DNA from: Thermoproteota archaeon
GTDB taxonomy: Archaea > Korarchaeota > Korarchaeia > Korarchaeales > JAOZGB01
DNA length: 64,000 bases
NCBI GenBank assembly: GCA_037917685.1
Contig: JAVCBU010000006.1
Location: 1-64,000, forward strand
Reading direction: 5' to 3'
The notes under the pieces were generated by a model, which was not told the origin of the DNA, searched no databases, and saw only the letters and a program-made list of their open reading frames with translations. Below, piece by piece: positions 1 through 8,520 of the stretch. The stretch's first letter is position 1. Every line of letters starts with the position of its first letter. A program made the translations under genes and the position numbers.

Positions 1-1091
<1,091 letters not shown>

Positions 1092-1157
1092 CGTCCTGCC
1101 GCCTTTTCTTGGGGCTTAGACTGCTTCAAACACGAGGATAACTGCTCGTGTTTACAT

Positions 1158-1247
1158 CTATGTACCTGTAGGTGGAGGAGAGGGACTCATTGACGGTCAG
1201 GACTAATCCTTCATAGTTTCAGTCCCTCTACCGGGAACCTACAGGCA
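1158..1247 (-). ncRNA. H/ACA-like hairpin at the 5' end of the pre-16S leader
   Basis: Lower stem CCTGTAGGT/ACCTACAGG, internal pocket, upper stem AGAGGGAC/GTCCCTCT, apical ATGAAGGA-TTAG-TCCTGA K-loop motif, ACA directly after the stem. Confidence 0.5.
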
Positions 1248-1267
1248 GTATTATATAATGTGTAGGA

Positions 1268-1300
1268 TGTTAATAAATCTTTAGGGATAATAGTTTAAAA
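1268..1300. promoter_or_regulatory. Divergent TATA boxes for the rRNA operon (minus, TTTATTAA ~1270-1277) and tRNA-Ala (plus, TTTAAAA 1294-1300)
   Basis: AT-rich TATA-like motifs roughly 25-30 nt before each GC-rich RNA start. Confidence 0.55.
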
Positions 1301-1325
1301 TTTCTATCCACATATATAATAGCGG

Positions 1326-1428
1326 GGGCCCGTGGCGCAACCAGGGAGCGCGACGGCTTTGCAATCATAGACTGAAAAGCCGTAGGTTGCGGGTTCAAAT
1401 CCCGCCGTGCCTAAGCGCGGAAGGTCCA
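1326..1428 (+). tRNA. tRNA-Ala(TGC) with two introns: 37/38 (1364-1377) and acceptor stem 67/68 (1408-1422)
   Basis: Cloverleaf; splicing both introns gives acceptor GGGCCCG/CGGGTCC+A73 with G3:U70; both introns form BHB-type motifs. Confidence 0.9.
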
Positions 1429-1576
1429 CTCCCCCATATTTCCATTTCTGTGAGGGCTAACTATCCTTATCCTTAGATCTATGTTGAACGTTCTCTTTCT
1501 ATGGCTGATAGCAGCTTATGATATAGTATATAGCATAGAAATAGTTGTCTTAAGGGTATAAGAGAAAGAGTAAAAG

Positions 1577-1688
1577 GGCCGGGAGCGGGATTTGAACCCG
1601 CCTCGAGGGCTTTCCGCCGGGCGGCCACAGGCTTCTGGCTTTGTCCCCAGGCTAACCAGGCTACCCCGTCGGGCTTTGTATCCCGGCC
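1577..1688 (-). tRNA. tRNA-His(GTG) with encoded G-1 and three introns: 8/9 (1668-1679), 29/30 (1633-1644), 37/38 (1612-1624)
   Basis: Acceptor GCCGGGA/TCCCGGC+C73; after splicing, D-stem GGGT/GCCT, anticodon stem GGGGC/GCCCT and loop CT-GTG-GA; each intron forms a BHB. Confidence 0.88.
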
Positions 1689-1706
1689 GCCCTCCCGGCA
1701 TGGTAG

Positions 1707-1779
1707 TGCGGTGGCCGGGATTTGAACCCGGGTCTGGGGCGTGGCAGGCCCCCATCCTACCAGGCTAGACTACCACCGC
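1707..1779 (-). tRNA. tRNA-Gly(GCC), no intron
   Basis: GCGGTGG...CT-GCC-AC...TTCAAAT...CCACCGC-A cloverleaf. Confidence 0.96.
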
Positions 1780-1784
1780 TTTAG

Positions 1785-1856
1785 TGGGCCGGGAGGGATT
1801 TGAACCCTCGACCTCCGCCTCGTCAGGACGGCGTCATACCGCTAGACTACCGGCCC
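1785..1856 (-). tRNA. tRNA-Val(GAC), no intron
   Basis: GGGCCGG...CT-GAC-GA...CCGGCCC-A cloverleaf. Confidence 0.95.
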
Positions 1857-1867
1857 CTTGTTCTAAG

Positions 1868-1955
1868 TGGACCGGGAGGGATTTGAACCCTCGACCTTCG
1901 CGATTTTGTATGTTATATGCCAACGCGACGCGCTCCCAGGCTGCGCTACCGGCCC
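1868..1955 (-). tRNA. tRNA-Ala(GGC) with 14-nt 37/38 intron (1904-1917)
   Basis: Acceptor GGGCCGG/CCGGTCC with G3:U70; TCGCG-TT-GGC-A[intron]T-CGCGA. Confidence 0.93.
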
Positions 1956-1979
1956 ACTTATAATATCTTCATAATTCAT

Positions 1980-2177
1980 TTATCTATTTTTCCCTATTCT
2001 TCTCCTTGTATGGGTTGACTTGTTTTGCCACTTGTATCTTCTCCACTTGGACGTTTTCCCATATCCGCATGAGGCGCAAATCTTTTTCCTAACGTGGAAT
2101 GATCTTCTTCCACACCTTCTACATACTATGTGTGTTTTTCCTTTGGATTTCTTCCCCATGGATGGAGTTCCCTTCAA
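1980..2177 (-). CDS. rpl37e: 50S ribosomal protein eL37
   Basis: KGTPSMGK...[26 protein letters not shown]; TTG start after SD AGGTGAGG. Confidence 0.95.
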   Translation of the reverse strand: MKGTPSMGKKSKGKTHIVCRRCGRRSFHVRKKICASCGYGKTSKWRRYKWQNKSTHTRRRIGKNR

Positions 2178-2187
2178 ACTCCTCACC

Positions 2188-2433
2188 TTACTGTTTTACG
2201 GGTGTTATAGATACCACGTTATCTCCCCTCACTATTAGGCTTCCTAGCCTTCTCGTATCTGTTTTTTCTGTTTCTGGATCATGAATTATTTCCTCACTTT
2301 CGTCTAAGACTAGGTTTAGATATTTGTCATAGGATCTGAGTATTCCACGCACCCATAGCCCAGGCTTTAGGATTACAAAGACTGCTTGGTTTATATTTTT
2401 CTCTAGAAGGTCTAGTGGTGTAGCCATCTGCAT
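2188..2433 (-). CDS. Sm-like (LSm/SmAP) protein
   Basis: [14 protein letters not shown] (Sm1) and IVRGDNV (Sm2); conserved position upstream of rpl37e. Confidence 0.93.
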   Translation of the reverse strand: MQMATPLDLLEKNINQAVFVILKPGLWVRGILRSYDKYLNLVLDESEEIIHDPETEKTDTRRLGSLIVRGDNVVSITPVKQ

Positions 2434-2507
2434 TCTTGTTTCAAGGTTTAAAGCCCTCCGAACTTATTAAATGTTTCTATTAAGATCAAAAAGATAATTT
2501 TTTAAGG

Positions 2508-2942
2508 TTGAAACGGGTGAAGACTTTAGGTGACTACTTGGTGAGTATATTCTCGAAAATATTTGGACGAAGAGAACGGAAGAGAGAAGAGGTCGTAGAA
2601 GAGTACATCGAGGAGGAACCTATAGTTGAAGAAGAGGAGACCCTTAGTTTATCTTCAATGGTTCCTGAAGATGTCATTATAATTAAGCCGTTTAGCCTTA
2701 CAAGTATCAGTGATGTAGACATCGCGATTGAGGAGGTGAAAAAGGGAAATATACTCCTGGTCAACATAGATACGCTTGCGGAAAGAAGTGTGGAAGATTT
2801 GAAGAGAGCAATATCACACTTAAGATCCAGGGTTGAAACACTAGGTGGTAAGGCAGCCTCGATTAAACGGTCCCGGTATCCTCCAATAATACTCACTCCA
2901 CCATTTGTAGATATATGGAGAAGAAGGGAAAGGTCTACTTAA
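2508..2942 (+). CDS. sepF: Cell division protein SepF (start may be 2538 or 2541)
   Basis: N-terminal amphipathic helix (SIFSKIFG), acidic linker, EEVKKGNILLVNI...IILTPPFVDI C-terminal domain. Confidence 0.85.
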   Translation: MKRVKTLGDYLVSIFSKIFGRRERKREEVVEEYIEEEPIVEEEETLSLSSMVPEDVIIIKPFSLTSISDVDIAIEEVKKGNILLVNIDTLAERSVEDLKRAISHLRSRVETLGGKAASIKRSRYPPIILTPPFVDIWRRRERST

Positions 2943-4854
2943 GCCTGATTCTTTCCATATTATATGGAACTAAAACCTGAGTTCTACCCTTATATAACCT
3001 CTGAAATCCTCTTTTCAGCTCTTCAGCCTTGTGTTCTTCTCCATGTACAATGAGCACCTTAGATGGTTTGGGATGAACTATAGTTGCATATGAGTAGAGT
3101 TGTACACGGTCTGCATGGCCTGAAAAGCCTTCGATACTATACACTGTGCACTCCACCTCAACTTCATGTCCAGAGGGTATTGTAACTTTCTTTATACCTT
3201 GTTGCAGTTTGCGGCCTACCGTTCTGGGAGCTTGGTAGCTTACTAGGATTACTGAATTTTTGGGATCTTGAGCTAAACATCTAAAGTAGTAGAGTACTGG
3301 TCCACCTGAAAGCATGCCTGAGGGGGAAATTATAATACACTCATCTTTAACTTTAACTATTTCCTCTCTCTCATCCTGTCTATGGATCGGTGTGAATATG
3401 TCAAGTGAAAATATCGGCTGGTCAGCCCCCAGAACCTTAGATTTTATTTGCCTCGAGAGATGGTCAGGATATGCAGTATGGATTGAAGTGGCTTCGTAAA
3501 TCATACCGTCTACATATACTGGAACCTTTTTTATTAGATCAGACTCAAAAGCATTCTCGATGGTAAGCATGACTTCCTGGGCTCTCCCAACAGATAATGC
3601 TGGTATTAAAACTTTTCCGTTATTGTTTAATGTCTCTTTGACTATCTCGATAAGCTTTTTCTCGGCGTACTGGAGAGGTGGCTTATTATCTTGAAAACCT
3701 CCGTATGTACTTTCAATTATTAATGCATCTAGTCTCGGGAACCTGCATTCAGCTCGGTCAAGTAGTCTGGAGTTTCTAAATCTGAAGTCTCCGGTGTATA
3801 AGAGAGAAAAGGTTCCTTGACCAATTGAAAGATGAGCTAGGGCGGAACCGAGGATGTGCCCGCTATTATAAAGTGTTAGCTTCACATCAGGACTAATATC
3901 AACAGGCTCACCATAACCTATTGTAATCGTATGGTCAAACACCCGTGTTATGTCTCTCATTGAAAAGTAGGGGTATCCGCCTTCCCTACCTATCAGTCTA
4001 TACATGTCCAAGAGGAGTAGGACTATAAGATCTCTTGTGGACTCGGTGCAGTATATTGGCCCATCATACCCGCATTTGTAAAGTAGCGGTAGAGCACCAC
4101 AGTGGTCTAGATGCGCGTGAGTTATGACTATTCCATTTAATGTGTCAAGATCAAATTCGGGGACAGTGAAGTATGGAAATGGTGGTCCGCTAGGGTTTAA
4201 CCCGCAGTCTAGAAGTATGGAGCTTTCTCCAGTCTGCAGGAGTATGCAGCTTCTGCCAACCTCTCTTGCACCACCGAGAAAGGTTAGTGAAACGAATTTG
4301 CCGAGGTTCATATGCCTAGAGTAGACTTTACTGGACATTTTACGCCTTAGTCTTGTTCTTTTATATGCTCTATTTATGTATTGTCTGCGGATAGCTTGAG
4401 TTAATGAGGAGTCTATTGTTGGGATACGCAGAGGAATAGGCCGCCACCCAGTCGATTTGAGAATAGTATTAATAACAGCCCCTGCTTTCCCAACCACGTG
4501 TCCTGTTCTCTTTGCTACAATGAAAACTTCACCGATCTTGTCTATAAAGTGAAGCTCCTTTACCTCAGCCTCCTCGGGAACTATCTCTAAAATTTTCTTT
4601 TGAGCCTCCTCTTTTGGCATTAAAGAGTTCTTATCAGCTCTAACGATGATCCGTTTCTTTACTTTTCTAGCAAGCTCGGCGATTACATCCTTATTTTCAA
4701 GAAAATCCGAGATATTTATTATTTCAACTGCTGGAAACGGACCCTCGAAGTATATCCGCTTTACTTTCCCATATTCTAGGACTAACCTCTTCAGCTCCTC
4801 TTTTAGGCTTGTATTTGTCAAGCTTTTATCAGCTATATTCCTACACCCCTTCAA
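2935..4854 (-). CDS. fttA: beta-CASP ribonuclease aCPSF1 (FttA)
   Basis: N-terminal KH domains, LGGAREVGRS, HAHLDH, ESTYG, FSGHAD and VHGE motifs; follows psmB. Confidence 0.93.
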   Translation of the reverse strand: MKGCRNIADKSLTNTSLKEELKRLVLEYGKVKRIYFEGPFPAVEIINISDFLENKDVIAELARKVKKRIIVRADKNSLMPKEEAQKKILEIVPEEAEVKELHFIDKIGEVFIVAKRTGHVVGKAGAVINTILKSTGWRPIPLRIPTIDSSLTQAIRRQYINRAYKRTRLRRKMSSKVYSRHMNLGKFVSLTFLGGAREVGRSCILLQTGESSILLDCGLNPSGPPFPYFTVPEFDLDTLNGIVITHAHLDHCGALPLLYKCGYDGPIYCTESTRDLIVLLLLDMYRLIGREGGYPYFSMRDITRVFDHTITIGYGEPVDISPDVKLTLYNSGHILGSALAHLSIGQGTFSLLYTGDFRFRNSRLLDRAECRFPRLDALIIESTYGGFQDNKPPLQYAEKKLIEIVKETLNNNGKVLIPALSVGRAQEVMLTIENAFESDLIKKVPVYVDGMIYEATSIHTAYPDHLSRQIKSKVLGADQPIFSLDIFTPIHRQDEREEIVKVKDECIIISPSGMLSGGPVLYYFRCLAQDPKNSVILVSYQAPRTVGRKLQQGIKKVTIPSGHEVEVECTVYSIEGFSGHADRVQLYSYATIVHPKPSKVLIVHGEEHKAEELKRGFQRLYKGRTQVLVPYNMERIRLK

Positions 4855-5506
4855 TCAGCTTTTGAATCTCTTCTTTTGCCAGGAATCTTACACCATTAAC
4901 GTCAACGACTGTCAGATCTATCCCATCGCCTGTAGCTGAGTCCCTACTTAACGCTGACTTCATAGCTTTAACAGTTAGAGGGAGACCTTCTTCAACCCTG
5001 ATTTTTTCATTATAACCGTCATCTAAGACTGATATAGCCAGGGGGGAGCCTGAACCTGTAGCGAAGTAATCCTCCTCTGAAACCATACCGAACGGATCGA
5101 CATTAAAGATGTGACCGCCTACATGATCTAAACCGGCTACAATAAGCTGCGATATTAGTAGGTATGGACGAACGGAGAATAGTATCATGCCCATAAACTC
5201 CGCTACTGTTTTAACCATTGGTGGTTTATCTAACTCGAGACTATAGAGCGCGACCTCCGCTTTAGTCCATTCGACGAGTTTCTGTCCATCAGCTACTAGA
5301 CCCGATATTGTTGCCACTATTTTATCAGATATTTTGAGGGTCTTTACAGCAGCCTTACTGGCAACATAGGTTCCGGTGGTTGCTCTCTTGTCTGAGGCTA
5401 TCACAACCCCATCGACGCATCTAACACCTAACGTAGTCGTTCCTTTAAGCTTTTCTACACTTTCCTTAATATTTTCAAGGTTGAACCGATCGGCCAAATA
5501 AAACAC
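4841..5506 (-). CDS. psmB: Proteasome beta subunit
   Basis: Propeptide followed by KG|TTTLG; ATGSGS and RDSATGDG. Confidence 0.95.
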   Translation of the reverse strand: MFYLADRFNLENIKESVEKLKGTTTLGVRCVDGVVIASDKRATTGTYVASKAAVKTLKISDKIVATISGLVADGQKLVEWTKAEVALYSLELDKPPMVKTVAEFMGMILFSVRPYLLISQLIVAGLDHVGGHIFNVDPFGMVSEEDYFATGSGSPLAISVLDDGYNEKIRVEEGLPLTVKAMKSALSRDSATGDGIDLTVVDVNGVRFLAKEEIQKLIEGV

Positions 5507-5582
5507 CGTTTTGTATTAATAGTAAACTACAGCTATTTCAGGACATGACAGATTTTAAATGTTTACCTAATTATCCTATGGC

Positions 5583-6020
5583 TTGATGAAAACTCTTGTC
5601 AGTGCCGAACTATCTAAGGTGGGAGGAGAATTTATACACGCAGGTATGGCAAAATCCTGTAAGAAATGTAGGCTGAAAAAGGTATGTATGGGGAATTTAA
5701 AGATAGGACGAGTCTATAGGATAGTTAAAATATACGATAAGCTTTTCCCGTGCGAAATTTACGGTAATGTTAAGCTCGCAGAGGTTAAGCCCGCCCTTAT
5801 TCTAATAGCGTATCCTTCATCGAAGGTTATATCAAGTGCCTTAATGACCTACTCGCAAATCCCATGTGATAAATCAGACTGTGAATATTCTAGCTACTGC
5901 AGTAGAGTTAGAGGTCTAAAGGAAGGAGACAAATTTAGGATAGTTAAGGTTATTGAGGAGGAAATTCACTGCAAGAAGGGGTATGATTTAAAGTTGTTAA
6001 GGGTTCAGCCTATTGTATAA
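5583..6020 (+). CDS. UPF0179 family Cys-rich protein
   Basis: CKKCRLKKVC..NLKIGRVYRIV pattern with repeated Cys clusters. Confidence 0.8.
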   Translation: MMKTLVSAELSKVGGEFIHAGMAKSCKKCRLKKVCMGNLKIGRVYRIVKIYDKLFPCEIYGNVKLAEVKPALILIAYPSSKVISSALMTYSQIPCDKSDCEYSSYCSRVRGLKEGDKFRIVKVIEEEIHCKKGYDLKLLRVQPIV

Positions 6021-6742
6021 TGCTCCACATATCTTACTTCGGATATCTCCTTTAGGTATCTTGATACTAGATTTACAGCTAGGTGCTTAAGTTTATGTAG
6101 CTCCCCATCTCTTTGAATAAGTTCGTAGGATATATCTGCTATTATAACGTTATCGCGAATTTCAACCTTTATTGGATAGTTAAATACATAGTTCAGTACC
6201 GCTTCAGCCTTTTCTCTGCCGTTTCTAAGGATCTTATGCAGAACTACCTTATACTTTATCTTTTTCGACGCCAGAGGGTGGTTAAAATCCACTCTTACTC
6301 TTCCACCACTTACTGAGTCTATCCTACCCTCTCGCCCATCAATGATTACTTTCTCTCCAACTCTCACTGTTATACCTCTCTTTTCCAGCCTCCGGGCGAG
6401 TATAGTCTTTATGTTTTTAGGATCTCTCTCTCCGTATGCTTCTTTAGGCTGTAAAACCCCCTCTTTAGTTTCTCCAGGTTTCATTCCCACAAATAGCTTC
6501 TCGATATTTCTATGAAGCCATCCTGCGCCTAGAATCAGGAGTGTAGGACCGTATCTTTGAGATTCGTCATAAACACCGTACTCTTTAGCATCTTGCTCCA
6601 CTGTTGTTTTATAAATCTCCCCAGTGTCGCCGATCCACAGTGTATATTCGACAAGTAAGAAGTCACCATACGAAGCTACCTCTTCCCTAGGGGCTTCCGG
6701 CTCCTTCGGGGCCTGTCCAGAAAGCTTCGGCTGATCTTCCAT
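6005..6742 (-). CDS. Long-type FKBP peptidyl-prolyl isomerase (SlyD-like)
   Basis: GDFLLVEYT, PKEAYGERD and VRVDFNHPLA motifs. Confidence 0.9.
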   Translation of the reverse strand: MEDQPKLSGQAPKEPEAPREEVASYGDFLLVEYTLWIGDTGEIYKTTVEQDAKEYGVYDESQRYGPTLLILGAGWLHRNIEKLFVGMKPGETKEGVLQPKEAYGERDPKNIKTILARRLEKRGITVRVGEKVIIDGREGRIDSVSGGRVRVDFNHPLASKKIKYKVVLHKILRNGREKAEAVLNYVFNYPIKVEIRDNVIIADISYELIQRDGELHKLKHLAVNLVSRYLKEISEVRYVEHYTIG

Positions 6743-6840
6743 CAAAACACCTGTTTTATATATTAACCATCGGGATATGTTTAAACTCAAAGCCAACCTT
6801 TAAAACTTGTGAGATTACGAACCAGACGTAGTAAGGTTAG

Positions 6841-7677
6841 ATGCTTAAGAATTGGGTTAGGAGGATAATAAAGGCGTACAACTTAAAGTTAAATGATAAG
6901 ATTTCCCAAGTATTTATGATAGACTGCGAAACTCTTAGTTTAATGGCCAGTCTTGCAAATATTAACCCGGGAGAAGATGTAGTATTGGAGATCGGCGGAG
7001 GAATCGGAAACCTTAGCATGTTTATTTTATACCACACTCCTAAGAATTTGAAAATAATTGAGTTAGATAAAACATTAGCCTTAATACTCAGACAGCTCTT
7101 TTACCATATAAAGAACGTTAGCGTTTTGAACGCCGACTTTTTGACGCTAAAGCCTGAAAAATGTGATGTCATAGTCTCTAATCCCCCATATCACCTATCC
7201 TCTCATATAGTTCTAAAGCTGACAAAATACAAGTTTAGAAAAGCTGTATTAACATTTCAATATGAATTCGCTAAAAGATTAACAGCTAGGGCAGGAACAA
7301 AGGAGTATGGTAGCTTGTCAGTCTTAGCACAAATACATTTCCATATTAATTCTATCAAAAGAGTCGACAAAACAAGCTTCTATCCTACACCAGAAGTAGA
7401 CTCTGAAATAGTTGTTTTTGAACCCAAAGCGGTCGCGAACCATAAGCATATCATCTTTTTATACGACTTATTACCTTTAGTTTTTGCAGAGCGGAGAAGA
7501 AAGCTTAAGAATGCTATAAAGACAGCGCTCTATATCTTAAACTACAAAAGAGAAAGCATCCAGAACATATTACAGCGTCTTGACAACATAGGTTTTTCAG
7601 ATTTAAGACCAGACCATCTCACACCGGAAGATTATGAAAAACTCAGTAAGGAGGTGATCTCTGAAATTGAAGGTTAG
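6841..7677 (+). CDS. ksgA: 16S rRNA m6,2A dimethyltransferase KsgA/Dim1
   Basis: VLEIGGGIG, SNPPY, QYEFAKRL, YGSLSV and FYPTPEVDS. Confidence 0.93.
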   Translation: MLKNWVRRIIKAYNLKLNDKISQVFMIDCETLSLMASLANINPGEDVVLEIGGGIGNLSMFILYHTPKNLKIIELDKTLALILRQLFYHIKNVSVLNADFLTLKPEKCDVIVSNPPYHLSSHIVLKLTKYKFRKAVLTFQYEFAKRLTARAGTKEYGSLSVLAQIHFHINSIKRVDKTSFYPTPEVDSEIVVFEPKAVANHKHIIFLYDLLPLVFAERRRKLKNAIKTALYILNYKRESIQNILQRLDNIGFSDLRPDHLTPEDYEKLSKEVISEIEG

Positions 7678-8278
7678 GTATAGAGGAATGACATTTTGGA
7701 TTCCAGACGGTGTATATCCACCAGCAGAGGATAGTTTCTTACTAGCAGAGTCTATTATAGACACTAAAGGCCATAAAGCTCTTGATATAGGAACCGGATG
7801 CGGGATACAGGCTATAATACTGTCAAGGAACTGCCGACATGTTGTGGCGACAGACATTGACCGCAAATGCAAAGCCGCATTAACTGTGAACTCAATTCTA
7901 AACAATGTAAGGCCTCCGGAATTCAGGCTTGGTAATCTATATGAACCATTAAGGCTTGGTGAAAAGTTTGATATCATAGTGTTTAACCCACCATATTTAG
8001 CAGAAGACCCTGAAGTAAGCATTCCCGAAAGCTGCTGGTGGAGCGGAGGAGAAAACGGGAGAGCTGTAGTTCAAAGATTTATCAAAGGCCTAAAGGCTTT
8101 TTTACGCCCAGAAGGGGCGGCTTACCTTGTTATTAATGATAATCCCCCAGTGGAGGAGACTCTAAAGAAGATCGAGGATGAAAAACTTATTTGGGAGGTC
8201 GTTAATGAAATAAAAATAGCTTTTGACAAGATTTATGTGTTAAAACTTAGGTTAAATCATACGCATAGTCCTCCTTAA
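7667..8278 (+). CDS. HemK2/Mtq2-like N5-glutamine methyltransferase
   Basis: VYPPAEDSFLL, LDIGTGCG, FNPPYL and WSGGENGR. Confidence 0.9.
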   Translation: MKVRYRGMTFWIPDGVYPPAEDSFLLAESIIDTKGHKALDIGTGCGIQAIILSRNCRHVVATDIDRKCKAALTVNSILNNVRPPEFRLGNLYEPLRLGEKFDIIVFNPPYLAEDPEVSIPESCWWSGGENGRAVVQRFIKGLKAFLRPEGAAYLVINDNPPVEETLKKIEDEKLIWEVVNEIKIAFDKIYVLKLRLNHTHSPP

Positions 8279-8455
8279 CTTTTTAGCCATTCTGTAATGT
8301 TCTTTACATAGGGGTATTCTCTTATAATGTTCCTTCAGCCTGAGACCTAACTGTTGGATGATTGGTAGATAGTTACGTGATACCTCTTTAGTTGCCTTGT
8401 TGTTGCAACCAGCTATCCCGCACTCTTCCAGCTTTTCTTTATCTTCCGCCGCCAT
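8252..8455 (-). CDS. Small putative Zn-binding protein
   Basis: CGIAGC...LCKEHY ligand set in 67 aa; ATG start. Confidence 0.7.
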   Translation of the reverse strand: MAAEDKEKLEECGIAGCNNKATKEVSRNYLPIIQQLGLRLKEHYKRIPLCKEHYRMAKKLRRTMRMI

Positions 8456-8520
8456 GTGAACACATGTTTTTTAACAACTGTAGAATTTTAAATCTATCAT
8501 TCTTAGCATTACTAGCCAAA

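Noticed and set aside
1326-1413. Shorter tRNA ending CGTGCCTA, or a Phe/Met reading from CTGAAAA/TCATA inside the insert
   Set aside because: The acceptor stem is mismatched and has no identity elements; the two-intron Ala(TGC) model gives complete stems and BHB motifs.
1450-1510. Possible C/D box sRNA (GTGAGGG...ATGTTGA...CTGA)
   Set aside because: Poor C box, spacers too long, no target identified.
1688-1699. Leader repeat read as a fourth intron or a split-tRNA half
   Set aside because: No convincing BHB in any 12-nt register, and all exons are present in cis with G-1 at the second copy.
1516-1755. 79-aa ORF
   Set aside because: Overlaps the tRNA-His and tRNA-Gly genes.
4821-4854. Possible ATA start for aCPSF1 after SD GGGGTG
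   Set aside because: In-frame TTG codons exist on both sides, so a non-standard start is not required.
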